NCBI RefSeq assembly: GCF_009914755.1
Contig: NC_060947.1
Reading direction: 5' to 3' (one strand)
DNA from: the human T2T-CHM13v2.0 reference genome, Homo sapiens
DNA length: 64,000 nucleotides
Shown here: positions 29,716 through 56,601 of the stretch, in pieces
Layout: every line of letters starts with the position of its first letter
Position numbering within the stretch: position 1 is the first letter of the stretch
Notes under the pieces: model-generated
Database searches by the model: none
Seen by the model: only the letters and a program-made list of their open reading frames with translations
Told to the model about the DNA's origin: nothing
Translations under genes and position numbers: made by a program

Positions 29716-30059
29716 TTGTGTGAGAATGTACAAGGATTGTCAAAGCTGCTGAGGTCGTTAAACATTTCATACTCTCTCTCTCTTTTTTTAATCATACTGC
29801 AGCCATTCTTTTTTCCCCTAAGTGATTTATGTTTCTAAACCACTGAGAAGCAATAAAGTGTCATCAACCGCAAATTGTGCCTATTGCAAAGTGAAGTCTT
29901 ACATTGCTTTAGCCTGCAAAAAGCATGAGGATTCTGAAGTAAAATATCAGCAATGCATTCATTATAATGATTTTGTGGTTCAACTGAAGCTTATATGTCA
30001 GAGAACCCATGCTTATTTTTATTTACTTTGTTTTTTGAAAGTCAAAATTTACCTTTATT

Positions 30060-31255
30060 TAAAAGTTTTTCTTTTTTTAAATTTTTATTTGAGGTACAAG
30101 GGACCATGTGAAAGTTTATCATGGGGGTTTGTTGTATAGATTATTTCTTTACCCAGGTATTAGCCACCAGTACCCAATAGTTATCTTTTCTGCTCATCTC
30201 CCTTCTCCCACCCTCTACCTTCAAGTGGACCCTACTTTCATTCTTCGTGTGAAGAAGTTCTCATCATTTACCTCCCACTTATAAGTGAGAACATGTAGTA
30301 TTTGGTTTTCTGCTCTTACATTAGTTTGCTTAGGATAATGGCCTCCAGCTCCAACCATGTTCCTGCAAAGGACATGAACTCATCCTTTTTTATGGCTGCA
30401 TAGTATTCCATGGTGTCTATGTGCTACATTTTCTTTTTTTAATTTTTTTTATTTTTTTATGATTATACGTTAAGTTCTAGGGTACCTGTGCACAATGTGC
30501 AGGTTTGTTACATATGTATACATGTGCCATGTTGGTGTGCTGCACCCATTAACTGGTCATTTACATTAGGTATTTCTCCTAATGCCATCCCTCCCCCCTC
30601 CTTCCACCCCACGACAGGCCCTGGTGTGTGATATTCCCCTTCCTGTGTCCATGTGTTCTCATTGTTCAACTCCCACCTATGAGTGAGAACATGCGGTGTT
30701 TGGTTTTTTGTCCTTGCGATAGTTTGCTGAGAATGATGGTTTCCAGCTTCATCTGTGTTCCTGCAAAGGACATGATCTCATCCTTTTTTATGGCTGTATA
30801 GTATTCCATGGTGTATATGTGCCACATTTGCTTTGTGCAGTCTATCATTGATGGGCATTTAGGTGTATTCCATGTCTTTGCTATTGTGAGTAGTGCTGCA
30901 GTGAACCTATGCATGCACGTGTCTTTTTTTTGTTTTTTAGACAGAGTCTTGTGGTGTGATCTCAGCTCACTGCAACCTCTGCCTCCCGGGTTCAAGCGAT
31001 TCTTTTGCCTCTGCCTCCTGAGTAGCTGGGATTACAGGCACCCATGACCACGCCTGGCTAATTTTTGTATTTTTAGTAGAAATGGGGTTTTACCATGTTG
31101 TCCAGATGGCCTTGATCTCCTGACCTCGTGACCTGCCTGGCTCAGCCTTCCAAAACCATGCCCGGCCTTGCACGTGTCTTTATAATAGAATGATTTATAT
31201 TCCTCTGGTTATAGACCCAGTCATGGGATGGCTGGGTCAAATGGTTGTTCTCTTT
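30060..31255 (-). mobile_element. L1PB-like 3' end with a nested L1PA 3' end (30435-30925) and Alu (30925-31168)
   Basis: Two successive L1 3'UTRs. TSD TGCACGTGTCTTT around the Alu. Confidence 0.85.
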
Positions 31256-31338
31256 TCAAAATGCTTAGATTTAAAAAATTTGACTCTCACCATTCATTGC
31301 AATGAAACCTGCAAATGTGTCCTTAAAATAAATAAATA

Positions 31339-31880
<542 letters not shown>

Positions 31881-31882
31881 AG

Positions 31883-34090
31883 TCTTTCATTGACTTCTCT
31901 GCAATGGGGCTATAGAGTTCTAACATTTGTAGAGATAGTTTCTTCAGTAAATTGGTTATGTGGCAGCCAGATGTTAGCTACTGGTTGACTTGGGCAATCA
32001 TTAATTAATAATAACCTTCATCTATTTTATTTATGTATATATGCACACATATACAAACCCATATAGTGGATGCAGTATGTGGTAGGTTTGTTAGATGGTG
32101 TCTCTCTGTCCATCTCTCTCTCTCCATGTATGTCTATGTGTGTGTGTATAGACAGATGGTAGATAGATAGATAGATAGATAATAGGTATGGGTGGGCAGA
32201 TGATAGGTAGATAATAGATAGATGAATAGATAGGTACATACATAGATGGACGTATAGATGGATGATAGATACATACATAGATGAATAGATAGATGATAGA
32301 TGGACAGATGATGATAGGTAGGTAGATAGATATGGGTAGGTAGATGATAGGTAGATAATAGATGGATGACTAGATACATACATAGATGGACTTATAGATG
32401 GATAATAGATACATACACAGGTGAATAGATGATAGATGGGTGGATAGATGATAGGTAGATAGATATATAGATAAATAGATATGGGTGGATAGATGATAGG
32501 TAGCTAATAGATGGATGAATAGATAGATACATACATACATAGATGGACTTATAGATGGATGATAGATACATGGATGAATAGATAGATGATGGATACATAG
32601 ATGATGATAGGTAGGTAGATATGGGTGAGTAGATGATAGGTAGATAATAGATGGATGAATAGATAGATACATAGATAGATGGACTTATAGGATGATAGAT
32701 ACATACATAGATGAATAGATAGATGATAGATGGATACATAGATGATAGACAGATGACAGATATTGGTGGGTAGATGATAGGTAGATAATAGACGGATGAA
32801 TAGATAGATACATAGATGGACTTATAGATGGATGATAGATACATACATAGATCAATAGATAGATGATAGATGGATACATAGATGATGATAGATACATACA
32901 TGCATACATACATACATAGACAGCTATAGATAAATGATAGATGACGTGTCTATCTATATTTCTATGTATCTATGTTCTCATCCATCCACCAATCCATCCG
33001 TCCCTCCATCCATCTGCACACATATGTAGTCATGCACCACATAATAACATTTCAGTCCATGATGGACAACATATACAATGGTAGTCCCATAACATTACAA
33101 TATGGTAGTTTTCCTGTACCCTGTTCTATGTCTAGGTATGTTTAGATACATAATTACTTATTGTTGTGTTACAATTGCCTACAGTATTCAATACAGTCAC
33201 ATGCTGCCCAGGTTTGCAACCTAGGAGCAATAGGCCATATTGTGTAGCCTAGGTGTAGAGTAGGCTGTACTATCTAGGTTTGTGTAAGTGCACTCTCTGA
33301 TGCACATACAAGAATGAAATCATGTCATCATGCATTTCGTAGAATCTATCCAAGTGACCCATGACATGTCTGTAATGACTGTATATGGTAGATGAGGTAT
33401 CTATCTATATATATATCTGTCATAATCATCTATCTATCCCATCCATCTATTCATCCATCCTTCCATCCATCCATCGATCTATCCATTCAACCATCCATCC
33501 ATTCATGTATCCATCCATCCATCCATTTATTCATCTACCCACCTTGTCTATGCAATCTCATCCATCTACCTACCTTGACTATCTATCTATTTATCCATCC
33601 ATCCATCTAACCATCCATTTATCCATCTACTCACCCTGCTATCTATCTACTGATGTATGTGTATGTATGTATGTATCTATCTAGTTATCTAGCTATCTAA
33701 TCTATCCATCTGCCCACCCATCCAATCAACCATCCATACGTCTGTCTGTCCATCCATCCATCCATCCACTCACTCTCTCTCTCCATCTCTATTCAAGCTC
33801 ATCAGTCTATCCATTCATCTACCCACCCACCCTACCTGCCTGTCTATGTATCTATGTATGTATGTATGTATGTGCATATCTGTCTATCCATACATCCATC
33901 CATTAATCCATCCACTTACCCTGCCTGCCTGCCTCTCTTTCTCTCTCTGGTAGATAAAAGTTACAATTAATTAATGATTTTCAAAGTAACCAGTAGCTGA
34001 AATCTGGCTGCTATATGACTGGCTCACTGAAGAAAGTATCTCTAAGTCAGAATATTAGAACTCTATTGCTCCAGAGCACTTAATGAAAGA
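31883..34090. repeat. Degenerate inverted repeat: ~140-bp unique arms (31883-32025, 33951-34090) enclosing (TAGA/GGAT)n and then (TCTA/ATCC)n
   Basis: The reverse complement of the right arm aligns to the left arm (ATAGAGTTCTAA, TTTCTTCAGT, GCAGCCAGAT, AGCTACTGGTT, AATCATTAATTAAT in order). Confidence 0.88.
33027..33382. mobile_element. Tigger3a/MER7A-like DNA transposon
   Basis: AGTCATGC...ATGACTG termini. Internal TTACAATTGCCTACAGTATTC...CCTAGGAGCAATAGG. Confidence 0.8.
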
Positions 34091-34235
34091 AGATATATTT
34101 CTGAAGTTAATTTATATTTTACCAGAGGTGATTTTTTTGGGGACTTTTAAATGGAAGAGGGTTTGAATATATTGCAGAGATCAATACATTCTTATTTGCC
34201 TTTCCATAAATTAGAAGACAATAAAGTTACTGATT

Positions 34236-34966
34236 GTGAGGTGCAGAATAGTGCTCCCCCATACCCTCTCAAAACAGTCTGCATCTTCATCCCTGGAATC
34301 TGCAAGGACGTGATGTGGCAAAGACGAATGAAGGTGGCAGATGGAATTAAGGTTTCTAATTAGGCAATCTTAAAATAGATTATCCTGATTCTCTGGGGAG
34401 AGCCTAATGTCATCACAGACATCATTATCAGTGGAAAAGGGAGGCAGGGGAGACAGAACGAGAGGGACTGCAGAGTGAGAAAGAGCACTCGTGGCTGGCT
34501 TTGCTGATGGAGGAAGGGGCCACTGGATACAGGTGGCTTCTAGAAATGGAATCGGCAAGATTTTCCCCTCGAGTTTTGAGGGCAGCATAGCCCTGCTGAC
34601 ACCTCAGTTTCAGTCCACTGCACTTTTGATCTCCCAAACTATCAGATACTACATTTGTGTGTGTGTCTTTGTTTGTTTATTTAAGACAGAGTCTCACTAT
34701 GATTCCCAGGCTGGAGTGCAGTGGCGAGATGTTGGCTCTTTGCAACCTCTGCCTTCCGGGTTCAAGCGATTCTTCTGCCCCAGCCGCTTGAGTTGCTAGG
34801 ACTACAGGCACCCATCACCATGCCTGGCTAATTTATATATATTTATTTTTTAACAGTGACGGGATTTCACCATGTTGGCTGGTGTCGAACTCCTGACCTC
34901 AAGTGATCCACCCACCTCAGCCTCCTAAAGTGCTGGGATTACAGGTATGAAACACTGTGCCTGGCT
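34236..34966. mobile_element. MLT1 (MaLR LTR) fragment 34236-34660 plus antisense Alu 34665-34966
   Basis: GATTATCCTG...CCTAATGTCATCACA...GGCTGGCTTTG...GCTTCTAGAA MLT1 motifs. Confidence 0.7.
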
Positions 34967-36341
34967 GTAAAATGTTTCTTATCGGACCTAAAAGGGTGCC
35001 TGGCTCTTAGTTGATTATCTGCTGGTCCTGGAAAGGAAGGAGAAAAAAAGGCAGGGGAAAGGGGATTCTCTGTAGAATGTGGATTTTTTTTTTTTTTTCC
35101 CTGCAAGGGACGGCTTGTGAGTTTGAAGGTCTGAGACCCAGGAGAGCTGAGGGTGTCAGCTCCAGTCTGAGTCTGAAGGTGTGAATTCTAGTGTGAGTCA
35201 GAAGGCCTGAGACCCAGGAGAGCCAATGGTGTGAGTTCCAGTCTGAGTCTGAAGTCCTGAGACCCAGGAGAGCTGAGGGTGTGAGTTTATGTTTATAAAC
35301 ATACGTATGCATGTGTCTTTATAGCAGCATGATTTATAATCCTTTGGGTATATAACCAGTAATGGGATGGCTGGGTCAAATGGTATTTCTAGTTCTAGAT
35401 CCCTGAGGAATCACCACACTGACTTCCACAATGGTTGAACTAGTTTACAGTCCCACCAACAGTGTAAAAGTGTTCCTATTTCTCCACATCCTCTCCAGCA
35501 CCTGTTGTTTCCTGACTTTTTATTGATTGCCATTCTAACTGGTGTGAGATGGTATCTCATTGTGGTTTTGGTTTGCATTTCTCTGATGGCCAGCAATGAT
35601 GAGCATTTTTTCATGTGTCTTTTGGCTGCATAGATGTCTTCTTTTGAGAAGTGTCTGTTCATGTCCTTTGTATGTTTATTGTGGCACTATTCACAATAGC
35701 AAAGACTTGGAACCAACCCAAATGTCCAACAATGATAGACTGGATTAAGAAAATGTGGCACATATACACCATGGAATACTATACAGCCATAAAAAATGAT
35801 GAGTTCATGTCCTTTGTAGGGACATGGATGAAGCTGGAAACCATCTTTGTCAGCAAACTATCGCAAGGACAAAAAACCAAACACCACATGTTCTCACTCA
35901 TAGATGGGAATTGAATAATGAGAACACTTGGACACAGGAAGGGGAACATCACACACCGGGGCCTGTTGTGGGGTGGGAGGAGGGGGGAGGGATAGCATTA
36001 GGAGATAAACCTAATGCTAAATGACCACTTAATGGGTGCAGCACACCAACATGGCACATGTATACAATATGTAACTAACCTGCACGTTGTACACATGTAC
36101 CCTAAAACTTAAAGTATAAAAAAAAATATGGCAGAGAAATGTGTTTTGGGGGTAAAATATTTTGATTTTCTTCCTTGCCATGCCAGAGTCAGATGGGAAA
36201 GTAAGTCACGATCTACGGGGTTAAATAAAACCCATCTGATGAGAATGTATTATGGTTTGTATGACATGACTCCCCCCCAGACCCCTTAGATAGGAATTTA
36301 GGCAAGATTAAAAAAAAAAAAAAATCAGAGCTTCGTCCTCA
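34967..36341 (-). mobile_element. MER4D/E-like LTR interrupted by a 50-bp-repeat copy (35117-35287) and an inverted L1
   Basis: Minus strand begins TGAGGACGAAGCTCTGATTTTT...CTTGCCTAAATTCCTATCTAAGGGGTCTGGGG, which matches the MER4D/E start as I recall it. Confidence 0.7.
35288..36126 (+). mobile_element. 5'-inverted (twin-primed) L1PA 3' end
   Basis: Antisense piece ~35296-35670, sense piece 35671-36126. Both start at the same L1 position (TATGTTTAT). Confidence 0.92.
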
Positions 36342-36816
36342 CACATGAGGCTTCAGTAGGATGTTGTGTTGGTGCCCCAGCCATGTGATGGACTCATAGC
36401 AAGTCCCAGCTGCTGTGAGTCCTGGCTGCTAATGGCTCCCGGCTATCCCCTCCTCGTCGGAATTTCCCTGGGCTGGTGGATGCCGCTTCAGCAGAGAAGC
36501 CTGGATGGTGAACTGATTTCTCATTAGAGCAGACAGCCCATGACTAATAGGACAGAGCCATGACTCAACCTTCTTCCCCAAACTGGGGCAGCCTGGGGAG
36601 GAGGGGCCGTGCTTTCTCCAGGTTTCCCCGGGGATCTGGCAGGTGCACGTCGGATATCACTTCTAGGGAAGTTGAGCTCAGACAGGTCACTTAGGGATCC
36701 TGGAGGCTCCGAAAGAGAGGGTGTCTTCCTTCCAGGCAGCTCAGTCTGAGGGATGAGACACTTCCATTGTCTTCCAAGTATGTGAATATCCCAGGTATGT
36801 GGGAAATGCACGCATA

Positions 36817-37285
<469 letters not shown>

Positions 37286-37289
37286 TTAG

Positions 37290-38362
<1,073 letters not shown>

Positions 38363-38784
38363 TCATAGACCCTATTCCAAAAGCTGTCTCATTCCTATTT
38401 TGCAGGGGTAAAGAACACAGACATTGCTTGTAACACACTATCCTTCCCTAAACTAATTTCTGCAGACAATCACATTTCCACGCGTGTTTTAGTCTGATGT
38501 GCTTTCACGTTTTGGGGCTGTTGAAGGCACCCAGGTCTGGGTGAACACCCCCAAAATTCAGCACTTTGCCAGCGTGGGGAAGAAGAGGGCTGGGAGAGTA
38601 AAATCTTGCTTCAGTGTTTGCATGGGGAGATCTTGCACATCCAAGAGAGGAGCAGGTACACTGGCTGTGCACCTGCAGCCCCACGCTGTCTTCTCTCTCT
38701 GTCTCCAGGGTAGGCACTTTGGGGCAGAAGTGGTCAACAGCGCCGGAATCTACCGGTCAGCATCAGGCTTTAAAAGACGCCCTC

Positions 38785-39240
38785 GTGGCACTGTTGACAA
38801 CAGCAAAGACTTGGAACCAACCCAAATGCCCATCAATGATAGACTGGATTAAGAAAATGTGGCACATACACACCATGGAATACTATGCAGCCATAAAAAA
38901 GGACGAGTTCATGTCCTTTGCAGGGACATGGATGAAGCTGGAAACCATCATTCTCAGCAAACTCACACAAGAACAGAAACCCAAACACCACATGTTCTCA
39001 CTCATAGGTGGGAGTTGAACAATGAGAACACATGGACACAGGGAGGGGAACAGCACACACCGGGGCCTGTCAGGGGGTGAGGGGCTAGGGGAGGTATAGC
39101 ATTAGGAGAAATACCTAATGTAGATGACGGGTTGATGGGTGCAGCAAACCACTGTGGCACGTGCATACCTATGTAACAAACCTGCACGTTCTGCACATGT
39201 ACCCCAGAACTTAAAGTATAATAGTAATAATAAAAATAAA
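38785..39240 (+). mobile_element. L1PA 3' end fragment
   Basis: Translation ...[33 protein letters not shown]..., G-rich 3'UTR and tail. Confidence 0.93.
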
Positions 39241-39251
39241 CAACCCCCTGG

Positions 39252-44982
<5,731 letters not shown>

Positions 44983-45574
44983 TAACTGCAGCCTCAAACT
45001 CCTGGGCTCAAGCAATCCTCCCACCTCAGCCTCTCAAGTAGCTGGGACCATAGGCATGAGCCACCATGCCTGGCTAAATTTTTAAAATTTTTGTAGAGAC
45101 AGAGTTTCCCTATATGTTGCCCAGGCTGTTCTCAAACTCCTGGCCTCCAGTGATCCTTCCATCTCAACCTCCCAAAGTGCTGAGATTACAGGCATGAGCC
45201 ACCCTGCCTGGCCTATTACCTTCTTGTTTATCAAGTTACTTCTTTATATCTGAGGCTAGCTAGATACCTGGAATTTTCCATGTAGAAACTCAAGATTTTC
45301 CTTTATTTTCACACGTGAGTTCTGCAGGCCCCTAAAAAGAAGGGTCTCTGCTCCACCTCAGAGCCATGGTTTATAGAAAGATTGAGGACAAAACTTGGTG
45401 ACCAGGACTCGGGCTGAACCTCCAGGCTCCGTGTCTGGGTCTACAGTTTCTCCTACAGCAGAAGGTTGAAGCATCCCTCATAAACCTGACTCTGAACTTG
45501 GGGCCCCCACGGAGCTGGGAAAAGCAGGCACAAGAATTGGGGGTGGCACTGGCGCTTAGACCCAAGACAAGGGG

Positions 45575-50021
<4,447 letters not shown>

Positions 50022-50202
50022 GTGTAGTTAACTTTCCTTCTCCAAAGCTCTTGGCAGAATTCCAGGTAACTTATTTTATCCTAATGAAATAGACGACATA
50101 GCCCTTTGATGTTTGTATTGACTCCTGTCTCCCAGTGGAGAAAAATCACGAGGAAAAGAAAAGACAAAAATATTTACCCTTTAGGGTTCCCTTCATGTAT
50201 CA

Positions 50203-50580
<378 letters not shown>

Positions 50581-51222
50581 TCAGATGTTTCCAATGATAA
50601 CGAAAAAGCGACATCCACTGTTCACCTCGTGTTCACTCACCAGCTCACTCAACCCAAAGCACCGTCGTTTCTCAGGACGCACCATCCCATCATTTTTCCC
50701 GTAATTTCTCCGGTTAGTGTTGATTCGTGCTGTTAACATGCAAACCCACCTTACGTTCCTGCTTTACGGTTATGAATTGCAGTCTCGCTGTTCTTGGAAG
50801 GGACTTCCAGCCTGGAAAGAAAAGGGAGGGGTAAGAGAGCATCTGTGGATCTTCCTGGCATATTCCTTCTCCTACAAGGTGAGCTCAAGAGCACAGAGCT
50901 TATCTCCACACAAGCAAACTCCCACTCTTCCTGTCATTGAACATAAGGAAGAAACAGGATTCTCCTCTTTTCTCAGTTGCATAAGCAAATCCTTATGCAA
51001 ACATCTGAAGAGACATCAGAGAATCTTTGCCCGTGCCAGATGCCCTTCGGGGGACAGTCTGCGTCTGCTTTGCTTGGAGTAGCACAGGAGCTTGATGTGC
51101 CTGTGGAGAAGAGCATTGAGAGCTTGTTGGAAGGAAAATTGGTCCTGAAACTGCACAGGGCTACCCTAGGATTGGCTTATCAGGGGAGGCATATGTCCTG
51201 GTCCTGTAGGTCACAATCCTAG

Positions 51223-52485
<1,263 letters not shown>

Positions 52486-52814
52486 CTACGTTCCAGGGAT
52501 TACGGCATGAACATACTGTTTTCAGGACCCTATCTAGCCCACCATGGTAAGGAAACACCCAACAAACATCATGCTTATTAAGTTTCCAGGCAGGTGCCTC
52601 TCTATCCCAGCTTCATTGTTGTGTTCTTTTCTTCACAAGTATTTTCAGAGCTGCCCTTGGCCATCTGGAAGATGCATGGTGAAAGAAACGGATGCTTGCT
52701 CTCAGCACACACTTCCTTCCCTGACAGTTTGTCGCCTAGCAGCTATTTTGGCTTCCCAAGGGAAATCTTGTCCTTTGCCCTTGTGGGGCTTACTGCAAAT
52801 CAACTCATCATGAG

Positions 52815-53660
52815 GAAGATTAATCAGAGAAAAGACATACAATTTTTTTTTTTAAACTGTGAGCATGAAGAGAATCACAGAGTGTATACTCAATCTCCCA
52901 ATGGGGGCAAAATACTTCTGTAACCTCCTTTCAGGTGGCGAGAGGGGACATGGGAATGTAGGTAATTCTGTTGAGCGGTAATAAGTGATGACTAGGAAGA
53001 TTGAATGGATACTTGGGAGAATGAATAGGGGGAGGAAACAGAGATTGACTTATTAATGGTTCCCTTTGGAAATTAAATACTCCTTGGAGACCAGTCATTA
53101 CTTTGTAAAAAAGTCTGTTTGAGCGGGCTTACATCTTAACGTTCTTTCCTGTAGTCAAGAAGAAGATCCCAGGGAGGGAGGGAAAGTGAATTGTAATAAT
53201 CCCGACATGTTCAGGGAGGGACCCTGTGGGAGGTCATTGAATGATGGGGGGCAGGTGCTTCCTGTGTTGTTCTTATGATAGTGATTAAGTCTCACAGGAT
53301 CTGATGGTTTTATAAAGCCAGGTTCCGCTGCACATGCCCTCTTGCCTGCCGCCATGGAAGATGTGCTTTTTCTCCTCCTTTGCCTTCCGCCATGATTGTG
53401 AGTCTTCCCCAGCCATGTGGAACTGTGAGTCCATTAAACCTGTTTCCTTTATACATTACCTAGTCTTGGATATGTCTTCATTAGCAGCGTGAGAACAGAC
53501 TAATACAGAACGGAAAAAAAAAATGTTTTACTTGGTGGATGTCTCTGGTTTTTATGTCAATGGGGAAAAGTCCCTTCCAAGGTCTTTTAATCTTTAAGGG
53601 TTTTTAATTTAAAATATTCGTTTTGCAAAGGAGCCATATTTGGGGGTGAAATTATCTGTA
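52815..53660. mobile_element. Old ERV1 (MER34-like) LTR containing a THE1 LTR (~53185-53507, +)
   Basis: THE1 motifs TCTCACAGGATCTGATGGTTTTATAAA...CCTTCCGCCATGATTGTGAG...AGACTAATACA. Confidence 0.75.
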
Positions 53661-53837
53661 CAGAGCCAGTAATTCATCACAGAGGAGATAATTCTGTTTT
53701 ATCAGAGACTGACCAAGAGCTATGTTGATCTTGTGAATTTGGGAGATTACCCTTTGCTCAGCTGATGTTCAAGGAAGGCAACGGCTTTGGGAAAAAGTTC
53801 AATATGTATCCGTGAAACTGCTAACCTTTGGGAGTTA

Positions 53838-54270
53838 CCGTAGTTTGGATATGGGTTATTTGTTCCCACCAAATGTCATGTTGAAATTTGATCTCCAGTG
53901 TTGGAGGTGGGGGTAGTGGGAGATGTTTGGGTCCTGAGGGTGGTTCCCTCCTGACTAGATTAATGCCCTCCCTCAGGGCTGAGTGAGTTCTCACTCTATC
54001 AATTCCCTCAAGAAATGCTTGTCAGAAGAGTCTGGCACCTCCAACCCGTCTCTCTTTCTTCCTGTGTCTCCGTGTGATCTCTACACACTGGCTCCCCTCT
54101 GCCTTCCGTCATGAGTGGAAGCTCCTTGAGGTCCTCAAGATCCTTCTTGAGAAGAAGATGCTGGTGCTAAGCTTCTTGTACAGCCTACAGAACTGTGAGC
54201 CAAATGAACTACTTTATAAAATACCCAGCCTCAGGTGTTCCTTTCTGGCAACATAAAATGGACTAAGACA
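53838..54270 (+). mobile_element. MST-type MaLR LTR
   Basis: TAGTTTGGATATG...CATGTTGAAATTTGATC...AAATGGACTAAGACA. Confidence 0.8.
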
Positions 54271-54309
54271 GGGCCCCATACTCATAGCTACCTTTTCATG
54301 TAGGGCTGA

Positions 54310-55795
54310 AATGAGGAGAGGAGGACACAGACACACACAGATGGAAGACCCTGTGAGTTCTCAGGGAGAAGATGGCATCTACAAGCCAAGGAGAGAGGCT
54401 GCAGGAGGAAGCAGCCCTGCAATGCCTTGATCTCAGACTTCCAGCCTCCAGAACTCTGGGAAATAAATACCTATTGTTTAAACGACCTGGTCTGTGGTCC
54501 TTTGTAATGGCGGCCTTAGCCAACTAATATACTCCTCAAAAGCCTGACACATATGCTCATTTGGAGATTTGGGAGATGTGCTTGGAAATGACATGATTGA
54601 AAGTCTACCAGGCATTTCACATCAATCGTTCCGTCATCCTCTCCAAACCTCGGGGATGGCTTGTCTTTCTCTCTTGTAAAAATCACTTCTCCCTTCTGAC
54701 CACATAAATATTCCAGACAACAGACTCTTCGGAAACAAGTGCTCACACTTCGGTCCTCTGTTAACTCTCTTCCTAAAGACACCAGACACTGGGGGAGAGA
54801 TCGGGGCTGGAGGGGTGACTGACCGACAAAAGCGAGACTGTAGGAGCAGAGACATGTTGGATGGGTTTTACAGGTTTCCTGGAGCAACAGCTCTTATTCT
54901 GGGCTCCTGGGGTTGCCAACTGCCTGTTATGGGCCAAATTGTGTCCGTCTCCAATTTTATACACGGAAGTCTTGATCCCCAGGACTTCAGACTGTGACTG
55001 TGTTTGGAGATGGGGTCTTTAAAGAGGTGATTAAGGCACAATGAGGTTATTAGGGTGAGCCCTGCTCCTATAGCTATGGTATCTTTACAAGAAAAGGAGA
55101 TGAGGACACAAACACACACAGAGGGATGACCCTGTGAGGACACAGGGAGAAGACAGTGTCTCCAAGCCCAGGAGAGAGGCCTCAGGAGGAACCAGCCCTG
55201 CCCACACCTGGATCTCAGACTTCCAGCCTCTAGGACTGTGGGAGAATCAATGTCTGTTGTTTATAAGCCACCGAGTCTATGATATTCTGTGATAGCAGCC
55301 TGAAATGGACTAAGACATCCCATAAGAAGAAGAGACGAGGACACAGACACACACACAGGGATGACCCTGTGAGGACACAGGGAGAAGACAGTGTCTCCAA
55401 GCCCAGGAGAGAGGCCTCAGGAGGAACCAGCCCTGCCCTCACCTGGATCTGGGACTTCCAGCCTCCAAGACTTGGGAGAATCAATGTCTGTTGTTTATAA
55501 GCCACTAAGTCTATGGTATTCTGTGCTAGCAGCCTGAAATGGACTAAGACATCCCATAAGCAGAGGAGATGAAGATTCAGACGCACACAGAGGGACGACC
55601 CTGTGAGAACACAGGGAGAAGACAGTGTCTACAACCCCAGGAGAGACGCCTCAGGAGGAACCAGCCCTGCCCACACCTTGATCTCAGATTTCTAGCCTCC
55701 AGGACTGTGGGAAATAAGTATATATTGTTTAAGTCACCCAGTCTGTGGTGATTTGTTATGGAGGCTTTAGCCAAGTAATATACTCCTCAAAACCC
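54310..55795 (+). repeat. MLT1-type LTR (54922-55782) with a ~239-bp internal triplication, plus an upstream duplicate (54310-54545)
   Basis: GACCCTGTGAG(G/A)ACACAGGGAGAAGAC at ~55128, 55362 and 55597. The 54310 copy shares the 3' flank TAATATACTCCTCAAAA. Confidence 0.85.
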
Positions 55796-56601
55796 TATTT
55801 CTATTGGGAGATTTCTATTGGAAGGAAGATTCAGAGTGCAAATTTGTAGTATCCCTGCTGATCTATCTCCTAAATGAAACACATCATTCCCAAGCACTTG
55901 TCTTTGTGCGAAGATCCATTTTGCAACCAACCATATATAATGTGTGAGGCCTTTTCACAAGACTGGCTTAATTAAAAATTCACATCCTCCTGACATCTTA
56001 AATATAAGAGCAGTAAGATATGCAGCTTTAACAGTTTGTAGTGGCTGGGATTTTGAGGAGGGATGTTTTGTCGTTAGCTTGGGAAAATAGGTTCTACTGA
56101 CATCTGTTCAGCTTAGCTATTATTGTTCTTTTTTGTTACAGAAGTAAAACGGGGAATTTTTTAGAAACACGTCGATTACCTTTGATTTTGTGTCATATAC
56201 AGAAGGGAATGTTTTTATTCCTGCAAACCCCATAAAAGCCAGTGATGCATTTTCATAGCCCTCTCTTGGCAGAAAACTGCCTTTGAAATTTCTGGATCAA
56301 GAATGTATTATTTTCTGATGGCTTTTTTTTTTTTTTTTTTCTGGTGATGTATCTCAAAAGCTTCAACTTTTCCCCTCCTGTTAGCAGAATACAGGTGAGT
56401 AGTAAAGTACGAACCATTTTTTATTTTCTTCTTACAGTAGAATTTTTTCATCGCTTACAAATATAGGTGCCCCTGGCTTCAGAGAATCACACTTTTCCAT
56501 GCCACTAAATTCAGACACCACCAAGGACTGTGAATTTGAGCAGAAGTGAGGTGTGTCACTTCCTCCCAGAAGCCTGGGTCGTGGTTGCCCTTGGAGAACA
56601 T

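Noticed and set aside
53395-53420. PRDM9 hotspot motif in the THE1 LTR
   Set aside because: The site reads CTTCCCCAGCCAT, which does not match CCNCCNTNNCCNC.
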